From NCBI RefSeq assembly GCF_001194135.2, contig NC_068988.1, positions 1,486,492-1,550,491 on the forward strand: 64,000 bases of DNA. Direction: 5' to 3'. A program made the translations under genes and the position numbers. Position 1 is the first letter of the stretch, and each line of letters opens with the position of its first letter. The notes below the pieces were generated by a model. That model ran no database searches. It was not told the DNA's origin and was given only the letters and a program-made list of their open reading frames with translations. This document shows positions 25,730 to 38,741 of this stretch, piece after piece. This DNA comes from Octopus bimaculoides (taxonomy: Eukaryota).

Positions 25730-26734
25730 AACTATTGAAAAGGTTGCAAGACGCAATGAAAATTTTAGAAAAAGAAATGAGTGGAAATTTTACCAGTGAG
25801 TGTGTTAAATTATAAGGCACCAAAAGAGAATGACTTTCCCCAGACACAACAGAATATACTTCAACACACGAACTCACCTAAAGAATCTTGCAAACCAAAT
25901 CCAAAAACGAAATGCAATAAATTAATTATACTTAACACAACACACTAAATATTTTAACAATTTTTTTTATATACAACATTTAATCATAAAAATATAATGG
26001 AATTTTTTTATAATGTCAAATGAGTTTGAGGGTCCAGTTAAACAGGAACCAAAAAGGTCTAAACAAAAAAAGGGGTAAAATTGGTTGAGAAACCCTGATT
26101 GGAGAACGCGGTGGTTGGAAGGAAAATTTAAAATAAAATAAAATGTCAAAGTAATAGTTTGGGATTTATTATCCACCCCCACCCACCCCCGTCCACTTCA
26201 GATTGTTTTAGTATCACCAGATAACAATAATGGAATGCTTCCATCATTTTTCCATATAAATACCTGTTTTATTTGTGTTTGTTCTATGAAATATGGCCAT
26301 GTGTTCTTTGGCTTAAATGGCTGCTGTTACAGGAATTCTTAACTGATGTTTTTGGAAACAGAAAACATGAAGGTGACACAAACACACACACACCCTTTCC
26401 CTGTACCTTCCCTGTCTTGTTAGTGTGAAACAAAATCTTAGTAATATTCCATTATCACAGCTTACCATTATTATTCCTTGCCAACATTGAGATTAGATTA
26501 CTGGACTTGGTGCAAAACTAATTTAATTTCCATTTGCTGTTAGTAGCAATAACAATACCACCACCACCACCACCACTACTGCTGCTGCTGCTACTACTAC
26601 TACTACTCAGTTTTTAGTGAACAGCATGATTTTCTTTCAATTTCCTATTCTTCGACCTCGCCATCCTTTACCATTCTGTAGAATGAAATGGAAGCATCAG
26701 AGAGAAACCAATGTTTCTCAATCACTTCAGATTC

Positions 26735-26793
<59 letters not shown>

Positions 26794-27497
26794 TTTCCTT
26801 TTCTACATTTTTCTCAATCATTCGAATTCAGTTTTTTTCCCCTCCCTCCTAATATATTTCTATTTCATTTTTTTTTATTCTTTCACCCCACCACCACCAC
26901 TACATTACTTACTGCCCACCTGTTCTCACCTCTCTCTCTTTCTCTCTCTATTTCTTCACCCACTCCACCCATCTCTCTCTTCTCTTCTGAACTTATTTAT
27001 TTCTTATTTCTCCTGATTCCCCCCTCCACATACCCCTGCATTCCTTTCTTCCACTTTAATTTCCAATTAGTATCGTTAAGTTTTTTTATAACTCCCCCCC
27101 TCTCTTATTTTATTTTATCACATTACCCATGTCTAACTTTTCTTTGGTTCTTCATAATCTGATTTTTTTTTTCTTTTGCTTCTATATAACATTCTTTTCC
27201 TAATTCTTTCAATTCACACTTTTTCATCCATTACCATTAACCACTTCAGTCTCTCTCTCTCTCTCTCTCTCTCTTCTCGCCCCCCCCCCCACGTACTTTA
27301 AGCTTCTCTCTTCAACTTTTTAATATAATTCACTCTATGTCCAATCTAACTTGCCATAACAATCACTTGTAGAAGAAGCAAACCATTTTTGCCACAACTT
27401 CACCAAGACATCGTTTATACTTTGTAATTTCATTATTATTTATTTGTTATTTATTTGTTAGCAAAAATCTCCAAGTTTTTCCTCTTTTCTTCTGAAG

Positions 27498-27593
27498 GCC
27501 ACCAACCCCAGTAATGGTGCACAACGATCTCCAAGATGCTTGTAGTCATTCTATCGACTTGTCTTCAGTTGACAGTGGTCCAACTTCAAGAAG
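27498..27593 (+). CDS. Dyb: Dystrobrevin linker exon
   Basis: tcttttcttctgaag|G...AG|gtttgt; 96 nt, phase 2-2; (V)PPTPVMVHNDLQDACSHSIDLSSVDSGPTSR corresponds to the family HIVPPxP linker. Confidence 0.8.
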
Positions 27594-28209
27594 GTTTGTA
27601 CTGCAGACACTCTGCTATTCTCAGTCTTCTCTTTCACTTGTACAACTTTGTTGTTCTGTTCGAGTCAAAGAACCAGGGGAAGCACTCATGATTTTTACCA
27701 AAGTCCTTGAAAATGGTGAGAGGGAAGAAGGGATAGAGTCATCTCCAGACTAGGAATCAAATTCAAGTATTTCCTTGCAGCAGAAACAGACTCAGCTGAA
27801 GACACCTCATTGTCATCTGGTTGAGCTGGCTCAGACATTTTTAATCTGCTCATGCTGTCCATCTTTGTCCTGCATTAGTTGAGGGAAGTGTTTGGGGTGT
27901 CATCCAGTCTCTCTCGTGAGTTGATCTCCATATGTTCTGTTCCGATGACCTCCTCAAGTATGGCCAAATGTATATATATCTTCTGGGTATTTACCAGCGT
28001 GTGTAGAATTAATCTTGGATATATACATATGTGTGTTGTGTGTGTGTATTAAATAAAATGAGACAACAAAGCCAAGGCTGTGTGGAATTTTCAGGACATT
28101 TACAAAGAGAGAGTTAGTCTTACAGCTGTTTCTGGGATATTAGGGATATCCCTTCATCAGAGACGATATGAGATGGTTAAATAGAGGGAAATATTACAGT
28201 ACAGTGTAA

Positions 28210-28446
28210 AGAGTTATTTTGGGAAAGAAAGCAAATAGGAGAATGAATGTAGAAATTAAAATTTAAAAAAAATAAAGATGTTATAGTTGTAGTCCCATTA
28301 TTTAAAGAATTTCTACCACTTCTACAAACCACTTTCCTTAGATAATGGAAGTGCAACTATAACATCTTTATACATTTTTTTTTTTCTACATTCATTCTCC
28401 CATTTTCCTATATACTCCTTATTTGCTTCCTTTTCCAAAATAACTC
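28210..28446. mobile_element. Fold-back MITE-like palindrome
   Basis: Imperfect inverted arms gagttattttgg...taaagatgttatagttg and caactataacatcttta...ccaaaataactc. Confidence 0.65.
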
Positions 28447-28468
28447 CTCATATTGCGCATTGGCATCA

Positions 28469-29115
28469 GCCAAAGTTTCAGAAAGTGTATGGAGAGGTGT
28501 ATATGAGCTGCACACAAAAGTACGAGTGGTTCGGACATTTCCAGGATGGCTGAAAAAGTGTTGATAGTGGCGAACGTTCTGAGAGACGCAAAACCATCAC
28601 AGGTGTGCATGTGGCTGTGATGGGAAATTGTGATTCGACAATTTCCCCTGTGAGTCATCAGAGAATGTGCAGATTAGTTACGGTTCAGTCCAGTCCATTA
28701 TCCCTGAAGATTTGGGTATGAGACCCGTGTCTGCCAAGTTTGTGCCAAAACAGATTTCAGCTGACCAAAAAGACACTTGGGTTTCAGTTGCATAAGAACT
28801 CCTTGATTGTGTTGAGAACAATGAAAACGTTTTGGAAACATTCCGTAGGCCTCTGAGTAGGTATCATCAAGCTTTTGGCAAAATTTGATGCAGATTCTCC
28901 ACTCAACCGTCTCTGTCATGGTTAATGCAACAATCACACGCTACACACCTTCCTTCCAAGCACTGCTGTAAACAGTGGAAGTAAGCTAGAATGTTAAAAC
29001 TTAGTGCACATGCACAGCAGAGTTCAAGGTCAGTCTGTGCCAAGCGGCTTCACTCTGCATACTTTAGCTTTGTTACTATAGCAACAGTCCGGATACTTAC
29101 TGATCAGACCACACG
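28469..29115 (-). mobile_element. Degenerate mariner transposon, 5' half, with internal inversion
   Basis: TIR-like gtggtctgatcagtaagtatccggac at ~29090-29115. The - strand reads MTETVEWRICIKFCQKLDDTYSEAY; the + strand reads KFQKVYGE..YEWF...EDLGMRPVSAKFVPK (WVP-type motif). Confidence 0.85.
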
Positions 29116-30176
29116 CACGCACACACCCACCCACATACATACATATATATGTATGAACATCTATCAATACACACACATATCTATATACACATGCAAATAT
29201 ATTGATATATGCATATATATATTTGTACGTACACACACACGTACATATGCATATACACACATATACACATATCTTCCAGATATGAATACTTGTAACAAGA
29301 TTGAAGAATTTAAAGTAACAAAAATAATAAGTCCATTAAAGAACGAGTTAAAAACAGATTACCATTTGTTATGGAATCTTCTGGAATGTTCCCTCAGACA
29401 AATTCTTGAACGTATTTTCGTCTTTTCTATGAGGACAATATCAATATCAAGAATCGACTGTGCAATTTTTATCTTTGAAAAGAAGCATTTTATGTGACTT
29501 TACAACAATAATTCTCATTAGATATCTTTCGAATACCCTTTGGGATCAACAACATTAGTCAGAACGACTCACCACCTCCCCACAAGCCTTATGCAGCTTA
29601 TTTGATCAAATAACTTAGATTCCAATTATCTATATAACTTGTTGAGTATTTTGTTCGTTATCATTTTATATGTAATTCAACACCAGCCCATCATTACTGC
29701 AGCAACAGTGGCAGTAGTAGCAGCAGCAGCAATGGTGGTGGTGGAGATGGTGATAGCGATGGTAGTAGTGGTGGTAGTATAGCAGTGGTTGTAATGGTGG
29801 TGGTGGTGGTGGTAGTGGTGCCAGTTGTAGTAACTCCGCCGCCATGCACTTTTGTCTTACTAAACATGTTTAGAAAGATCTCTTGAAAATCTTACCGATT
29901 CTTAAGCTGAGATATTCAATATCTGCAAGATTATACATTCTTAGGAATGGCAATCTGAACCTAATCTCTGAAGAATGGCATTAATAATGACAGTTCCAGT
30001 TCTTATATATCAGAAATATCTTTGGTAGATTCAGATCTCAGAAGAACCAGGAACTAATGCAAGCGATTACTTAGTGTCAGCTCTGAAACTCACTTCTCAT
30101 CGTTTACCGCAGTACCCCAGCACCCTGGGCTCCCCATGTCTTCTTGGTACTTATTTCATTAGTTCTGAGAATAAAG

Positions 30177-30214
<38 letters not shown>

Positions 30215-31768
30215 CTATCATCATCACATCATCATCATCATCAAGTCCCCATGTCCCACATCAAAATGGGTTGGATGGTTTTGACAGTCCCTTATGGGTC
30301 TAAGGACTGCATTGTGATCCCATGTCTCCTTTGCTATGGTTTCTATGGTTGAATTTCCTTCCTAATGCCAACCATTTTGCAATGTGCTCTGGCTGCATTT
30401 TTCATGGCACCAGCATTAGTGAGGTCACCACCCCAAGAGAAGTGGTTTTATTCTAGAAGATGAGGGCTTAACTCTGTTGTTGCCATATTTCTGTTGAAGT
30501 ACACTGCTCTTAATTACATTATTTACATTGACAGATATTTGTCCTCTTGTTTGTCGTTAACACAATGTTTTGGCTGATATACCCTCCAGCCTTCATCAGC
30601 CTCAAGGGTTATATGGATTCTGATTGAGAACCTTTGGATTAAAGGGAGGAGGGTTCAGAGCAGGTTTCTTATTGTAGAGATGCTACATGGCTACTCACAT
30701 TATAGAAGAGAAAATTAGAATGTTTGGGATAGAGCAAGGAAGAAATAAAATTAGGGATTTGGGTAGGGAATGAAGAACTGAGCGTAGGTGGGTAGAGGTT
30801 GCGCATATCAACACTTGACCATCATTATGGTAGAAGTAGTAGTAGTAGTTGTAGTAGTAGTAGGAGTAGTAGTAGTAGTAGTAGTAGTTGTAGTAGTAGT
30901 AGGAGTAGTAGTAGTAGAATGTCCTGGGTGGAATTATAGTGACACCAACACCAGTGGAATTGTCTTGTCCTTGACAAGACTAGAGGGTCCTCTCAGCCCC
31001 ACATCTCTACTCATTTACCAACCACTCTACAGAATGTTCTGGGTAGGTTTATACCAACATTAAATCAATTACTCAATCAAATTTGAACCAATCAATTAGC
31101 TCTCAAAGTGTCCATTATGTCTTTGACCAGAAAGTTTTTTCCATGCTGTTAACTTGTTGTTCCTGAACCTCCCATTGCCATATTTGGCAGCTTTTTAAAA
31201 CTATAAAGAAGAACCACAAGAAAAAGGAAAAACTCCCTTCAAAATAATGGCTGGGTTTATAAGTGGCAAGTTTTGAATTGGTATACTCTTTCATTCTTTG
31301 ATTTGCTTCAGTCATTTGATTGTGGCCATGCTGGAGCACTGCCTTTAGTCGAGCAAATCAACCGCAGGACTTATTCTTTGTAAGCCTAGTACTTATTCTA
31401 TCGGTCTCTTTTGCCGAACCGCTAAGTTACGGGGACGTAAACACACCAACATCGGTTGTCAAGTGATGTTGGGGGGACAAATACAGACACACAAACATAT
31501 ACACACACACATACATATATATATANNNNNNNNNNNNNNNNNNNNNNNNNNNNNNNNNNNNNNNNNNNNNNNNNNNNNNNNNNNNNNNNNNNNNNNNNNN
31601 NNNNNNNNNNNNNNNNNNNNNNNNNNNNNNNNNNNNNNNNNNNNNNNNNNNNNNNNNNNNNNNNNNNNNNNNNNNNNNNNNNNNNNNNNNNNNNNNNNNN
31701 NNNNNNNNNNNNNNNNNNNNNNNNNNNNNNNNNNNNNNNNNNNNNNNNNNNNNNNNNNNNNNNNNNNN

Positions 31769-31821
<53 letters not shown>

Positions 31822-32081
31822 ACGGGCTTCTTTCAGTTTCCATCTACCAAGTCCACTCACAAGGCTTTGGTCGGCCCAAGGCTATAGTAGAAGACACTTG
31901 CCCAAGGTGCCACGCAGTGGGACTGAACCCGGGACCATGTGGCTGGTAAGCAAACTACTTACCACACAACCACTCCTACGCCTATATTAGGTATATTAGC
32001 AGTTCAAATAATTAATTTAGAGTTTCTCTCTCTGTTTTTGTCTATCCATCTCTATCCTTTTTTTCTGTCTGTGTTTGTCTC

Positions 32082-32112
<31 letters not shown>

Positions 32113-32345
32113 TTGTCTCTGTCAGTCTCTCTTTCTCTATGTTTATCTCTACATCTCTCTCCACCTCTCTCTCTCTCTCTTAATTTCTAATGAACGAATC
32201 GTAAGGCAACAAAAGATAAACCAGAGTAGACAAACTGTTTAATAACTTTCTTTCCCATAATCTCACTTATTTTTTTATTCTATTTATTCATTTTGTTTAT
32301 TTATTTATGCATTGTTTATTTATTTTTTCACTTGTTGATTTTCAG

Positions 32346-32451
32346 TCCGAGTAAACTGAATGCTAGTATAGGAGACACAACCCGCATCGATGATGAACAC
32401 CGCTTGATCGTGCGCTATGCAGCACGACTTGCAGCAGACGCTTCAAATGCA
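32346..32451 (+). CDS. Dyb: Dystrobrevin exon, syntrophin-binding helix
   Basis: ttttcag|T...GCA|gtaagt; peptide PSKLNASIGDTTRIDDEHRLIVRYAARLAADASNA matches the motif RLDxEHxLIARYAARLA. Confidence 0.93.
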
Positions 32452-33139
32452 GTAAGTGGCCCATTGTCTTAGTCTCTCTCTATCTAATAGATATGTTTAT
32501 ATTTTTGTTTATTCAGCCAGAATGAAATACAATCCACTTTCCCTGCTATTCTAATCAATAGGTTGTCTAAATAATCATGTTAGAAACTGCACAACTCTAA
32601 CACCAAATAATTCATTATTTACTTCCAGTTTACTGCTACCATAGGTTTCATTACGTCTTCTCCTTCATCTTCTGTTCCTTCCCTTTGTCATAATGATATT
32701 AATAATAATTATTATCATCATTTGAATAATAAGAGAGTTGGATTTAGTTCCACTTTACTGTTATTATAGCCTGCATTTAGCCTTCTTCTTCTCCCTTCTC
32801 TTTGTCTTCTTCTCCTCCTCCTCCTCCCCTCCTTTTATTATTTCTTTCTTCTCCCCTCCTCCCACTCCTTTCGCTTCTCCTTCATTATAATTATTATTAG
32901 TTGGATTATAGAGTGCTGGATTAAATGCCTTGAGATTTTATTTCCATTCCCTTACACTCTGGATCCAAATTCCTCTAGGATCAATTAATTAAGTACCAGT
33001 AATATATGGTACACAATCACCTCACTTCAATATTCCTCTTTCCCATAACTTGGGGCCTGACATCAAATTTCTTGTGAAGAAACTGAATTACAAATGTTTT
33101 GATCCTTGTTTTGATCCTTGTTTTGATATAGCTGTAGTA

Positions 33140-33340
33140 TGGTGGTCAGTCATAAATCATTCATAAGCCACTCATGTTCATGTATTGTCAATCAGAAACC
33201 AATCATGTTAACATATTGTGTGTCATAAGTCAGCCATGTTTATATGTTGTCAGTCAAAAGTCAGCTGTGTTTACATATTGTCAGTCATAAGCCAGTCATG
33301 TTTACATATTGTCAATCATAAGTCAGCCATGTTTACACGC
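33140..33340. repeat. ~30-bp tandem repeat
   Basis: Units resemble cagtcataagtcagccatgtttacatattgt. Confidence 0.85.
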
Positions 33341-33348
33341 TGAATCTA

Positions 33349-33556
33349 TTGGGTTGGTGCATAATTATTGCGGCTTTTTTTCAACGAATTTTATTCAACA
33401 AAAACAATAACAGTATTTAACAAAAACATCTTTAAATGATGGTCTGACTGTCTGCCAAGCAAATTGGAAGCAATAATTTGAGTTAATGGTGAATATGCTC
33501 TGGAATAATCATTTAAAGATGTTTTTGTTGAATAAAATTTGTTGAAAAAAAAGCCG
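33349..33556 (+). mobile_element. Mariner-derived MITE, right TIR truncated
   Basis: TA|TTGGGTTGGTGCATAATTATTGCGGCTTTTTTTCAAC...; inverted match ends gttgaaaaaaaagccg; internal W..II..NGEY remnant. Confidence 0.75.
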
Positions 33557-36500
33557 TACTTTTTGGCACTGGAAGTGAACAGACACAGACATACATTATG
33601 TACATGCATGTGTATGCAGGAAATAGAATGAGATAGAGAGACATTACAATGCAAACATAACTCGATGCTCACACATAAAGAGAGATAGAGAGGGAGGGGG
33701 GAGAGAATGAAGGAAGAAACATAAAACATCTGAAGTCAAATAAGTCAGAATTAAATCATTGATGCCAAAATGGCAGTGCCAAAACAGCTGGGCCAAACCG
33801 TCTCATACATAAACCTTTTTCATTGGCTCTATACTTGTCAGTAGATTTTAATAATACCTTGTTAATATTATGAAGATTTGTTTGTTAAAATTGATTACGC
33901 ACACATTTTATTGTGTACAGAATCAACAAACGGAATCTTTCAGTTTATCAGATCAAATCTATTTTTTTCTGGTTTCTAATTTAGTTCCAGGAACACTCAG
34001 CCATATTTTAACATTAAGGTTTTTGTTTTTCATTTGGTTATTCTCATTAATCAAAAATTCTCAATTAATTCTGCCTATGTGTTGTAAACTTTCTTACAAC
34101 ATTTTTTTTTTCAAAGTTGATAATTTATTGAAATAATTCAAACATATTTTTTTGTTTTTGGTTTATTTTTTTCTTTATTTTTGGTCATCATGAAATTTTA
34201 ATTTTGAAAAATGAGATCTCTGATTCTTTTCCCACATTGTGATGTTGAAATATAATTCAGATTTGTTTCACTGTAAATGTTATCAGCTGGTCTATCTAGA
34301 AATAGCAACAAAAAACACTGAAAACCAGTGTTTGATGCAAAGCCACTAGTGTTTGATGCAAAATCACCAATGTTTGATACAGAATTACCAATATTTGGTA
34401 TAAAATTGCTGTGGATGCAAGGTGACTTGGCTCATGACTTGTCCAATCTAAACCACTTTGGAAAACTAGTTGTGACATGAAGATGGTGCCATACCATTTT
34501 CTTTAGCACTGTAGCATTATTTCTTCATAGATTCCACATAGCTAATATTAAGGTAATAAGTGGTTGTGGTCATAGTGAGGATGGCAGGGGGCATGTGATG
34601 GTAGTGGTGGTGGTGGTGTTAATGCAGGTATGGAGCAGTATTTAAGTTTTATTTCTTCATCTCCCAGACGTCTTCCTTTACTCTGATTCTCTCCCAGACA
34701 CCTGAGGACATCCATGTAACCCTCATTATTGATTGTCTGATTACACGGAAAGGACTCCTGATAAATGAAATCCTCCCAATTTCAAAAGACGATTGACATC
34801 ATATTCGCATTTTAAAGACTCTGATTTGTGTTTTTTTTTTTTTGGTCATGGCATCAAAGAGCCAATCCCTTGCAATGAGTTTTTTTTTTTCTTTCAAGAA
34901 TACAGCATCCACTCATGTTTCATCACCAGTTTATTAAGTCTTTCATCAGCATTTGAATTCTTCTGATACCAAACTGCTCAAGATACAAACTTTTGATTTT
35001 AAAGTGATCCAAGTTAAAACCTTCTTCCATCAAAATTTCAATTTACGTTCCAAACACCATCTTAATAATGGCAAAGTTATTTTACTAAATTCTTCATTAT
35101 TTTCACAATTAATTGCAGCAAAGTCAGTGTAGTTTCACAGAAATATGGTACTAAAATGGTTAATGGTTGTTCTTCCCAGTTCCAAACACTGATACCTCTT
35201 GTGCACGACTCCAACAATCTTCCTCTAGGTTTGCTGCAACACAAGATAAGCTTCTGTATTTCAAATGGGGTTGATGTAATTAACAAGCCCCTTTCCCTTG
35301 AAATTTTGGGCCCTGTGCCTATAATAGAAAGGATTATTATTATTATTATAAGACTGATGGTCAGGGACATCCATACACAACTGCAGTTGCAAGGATGCTC
35401 CACCGGCTGATGACTCTGCTGTTTTAAAAGCTTAACTCCTTTTAAGACAGACCCTGTAGAATTAGCGAAACAGGAAAATATGCAAATTTTCAACAAGTTT
35501 TAATCATTTATTTTTAAATGCTAAAAGGGGAAAATGCAGATATGAAAATTTATTAAAAAGAAATCAATGTTTTTGGTTAATTATTAAAAAAAAAAAAAAA
35601 TTCTAATGAAGAAACATCATGATCTGTACAAAGCCAAATGTCTTTTATTCCATTTTCTTCCCCCTCAAAGACATGTAACATTTTAAATGCAGATGCATCA
35701 AAAGATGCAGAAACAATACTGAAGATAATTTATAACTGCATTTCTAATTTAAAATAATTTTCATCATTTTTGTTAATTGCAAAGTTTTTGATGGTCTTCC
35801 TACCTCTGACTCCTCCTCCTAAAGAGGAACTCAGTTGACTGGCTTTCTTTTTGTTTTACTCCTCACTTTAAGGTTTATCATTAACCTCTTCAGTTCTCTG
35901 ATACTAATAGCATTAATAGTAGTAGCATTCTTTAAATATATACCCCCTCGTATATATAGGTGCAGACATGACTGTGTGGTTAAGAAGTTCACTTTGCAAC
36001 CATGTATTTTGGGGTTCAATATCCATGCATGGCACCATGGGCAAGTGTTTTCTACTATAAACCCCAGGCCTTCTGGATGAATTTGGTAGAATTGCTCAGC
36101 TTCAGGCAATCGCACTGAATGCTGGCTTTGCCACATTTGAAGACATAAGTGCTACCTTGCTTGAAGGTTAGTGACAGAAAAAGCATCCAACTGTAAAAAT
36201 GTCTCAATAATGTATTCATCTGACTCATGCTGCCATAGAAAAAACAGATGTGAAACTAAATGAACATAATAAGGACAGTTTTGTACGATAAGACCAAAGA
36301 TGGTTTCAAATAGAATGGTACCAGAAGAGTATAATGATTAATCCAAATATGTCTGTAATTTATGAAACTGATTGAAACATTGTAATATTAATTGGGCTCC
36401 CCACCCTCCCTGTATCCCCCCCCCCATTATAGAAGGTAAGGTTGGGATATCAGCCACATCAATCTTAGAGAGGTTGCAAAGGTCAGGTGCACTGCTCCTC

Positions 36501-37138
36501 TATTTCTCGTTAACTCATAAAATAATTTAAAAGAAAAAAAATACAGCAAGCTATAATTAATTTACCTTTGCATATTTCCCTTGCTCTTCTAACTAATATT
36601 AAATCTGAAATTATTTTCGAGGCAGACTTTTTAGATTTAATTTCAAAGTCAGTTTTAATTAATTGCCACCGACTTAATAAATTTTAAAGAAAGTACATTT
36701 TAATTTAAAGGGAAAATATGCTTTTGTCTTTAACCAGCAATGTATTCTTGAGTTTGTGTATTTTTGTGTGCGTATGTATGTCTGTGCATGTCTGTGTGGT
36801 TGTGTGTATTGAAATATATAAGATCTGCATTTTCTGTCTTCCTTTCTCCTTCTTGTTTTACTGACATATTTTTCTTTTACTACAATCATTATGATGATAA
36901 TAATAATAATAATAATAAAAATGATGGTGTCAAATTTTGCCACAAAGGTAGCCATTTTGAGGGACGGGATGTGTTGATTATATTGATCCCAGTGTTCAAC
37001 TGGTACTTAATTTATCAACCCCCAAAAGGATGAAAGGCAAAGTCGACCTTGGTGGAATTTGAACTCAGAACGTAAAGACAGATGAAATGCGGCTAAGCAT
37101 TTTGCCCGGCGTGCTAACGATTCTGCCAGCTCACCACC

Positions 37139-37169
<31 letters not shown>

Positions 37170-37399
37170 GGGTTTCAAATTTTGCAACAAGGGCAGCCAT
37201 TTTGGGGAGGGGACTTGTCGATTACATCAACCCCAGTATCCAACTGGTAATTAATTCATCAACCCCCGAAAGGACAAAGGCAAAGTTGACCTTGGCAGAA
37301 TTTGAACTCAGAATGTAAAGAAGAAATGCTATCTAAGTATTTTGTCCAACATGTTAACGACTCAGCCAGCTCATTGCTCTTTTGATGATAACGATTATT

Positions 37400-37740
37400 A
37401 TTTCTACTCTAAGCACATCATCATCATCGTCATTGTTGTTGTTTAAAGTCCGCTTTCCATGCTGGCATGGGTTGGACAGTTTGACTGAGGACAAGCTGGG
37501 AAGCTGCACCAGGTTCCAATCTGATTTGGCAAGGTTCCTACAGCTGGATGCCCTTCCTAACGCCAACCACTCCAAGAGTGTAGTGGGTGCTTTTTATGTG
37601 CCACTGGCACAGGAGTCATTCAGGTGGCACTGGCATCGACCATGCTCAAATGATGCTTTTTATGTGCCAGTCAGGAGGCACTGGCATTGGTAATGCTTGA
37701 ATGGTGTTTTTTACAAGCCACCATATCAGGTGCCAGTCAG
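37400..37740 (-). mobile_element. Non-autonomous retroposon with RTE-like 3' tail (...CCAACCCATGCCAGCATGGAAA.CGGAC.TTAAA-(GAT)n)
   Basis: Shared 3' end with (GAT)n tail. Other copies near 7560-7690, 10640-10815, 12005-12055, 19545-19790, 22000-22100, 41375-41525, 45480-45745, 46730-46900, 47740-47820, 52490-52750, 54845-55310 and 60790-60930. Confidence 0.8.
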
Positions 37741-38659
37741 GCAGCACTGAAATTTCAGAAGAAGTCTGATTGATTACATTGACCCCATTGTTCAGCTGAT
37801 ACTTATTTTATTGACCCCCAAAACGATGAAAGGCAAAGTTGACCTCAGTGGGATTTGAAATCAGAACATTAAGAGCCAAAAAAAAAAAAAGGCCATTGAG
37901 TATCTTGTCCAATAATGGTTTCAGATATTAGCATGAAAATCTATTTCAACAGAAATTTAGTAAAAAAAAAAAAAAGGGTTCAATGCCAATAAATTGTAGG
38001 GTTCACAAGAACATGGCTTTGGCTGCTTGGAATAAAGAACTCGGTGCTGGGGCTGAGTGGCAAAAATTTAGTGAATTCTTGGTTTTTAATAAAACTTAAA
38101 CATCATTAGAGTTATTGGCATCAACTGTAGTTATTCAACTGTCTGAAATTATAGAACCAAAATAATGGTACTTGTGGCCTGTGTCTACAAGAAATAGATA
38201 TAATCACTGTTATTGGTGGAATATTATACCATTCTTAACTAAAGAAGGCTGAGAGCTTAGAAAAAAAAATGTCGGTTAGCTACCAGGAGATTTTCATCCT
38301 TCTTATCTTTCTCTCTTTGGGTCACTTCTGGTCCAAACTTATCTGAGATAACCGACCGATTTATTTACTGGAATCTCCTTCCAGCTACTCCAAAACTTAG
38401 GTATTCACACCTTTTCCTTTCTTTTCTTTTATTTTTGTTTAGATAAATATAAGTAGCATATTTTCAATTATTATTATTATTATTATTATTATTATGATAA
38501 CCATCATCAGCTTCTGCCTGTGAATTGCATGCCATTATTTTCTTTGAAAAGAACACTTTATCTCTCTTTGATTGATTGGTGCCGTTATCACAGTTTCTTT
38601 TTGATCTGGAATTGGTAAACAATACTTGAACAGCCCAATTTTATTCTTCTACAAAATCG

Positions 38660-38741
<82 letters not shown>

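Noticed and set aside
33140-33340. CRISPR-like regular repeats (also 1580-1970 and 53155-53275)
   Set aside because: Contiguous degenerate tandem units with no unique spacers, in a eukaryotic intron.
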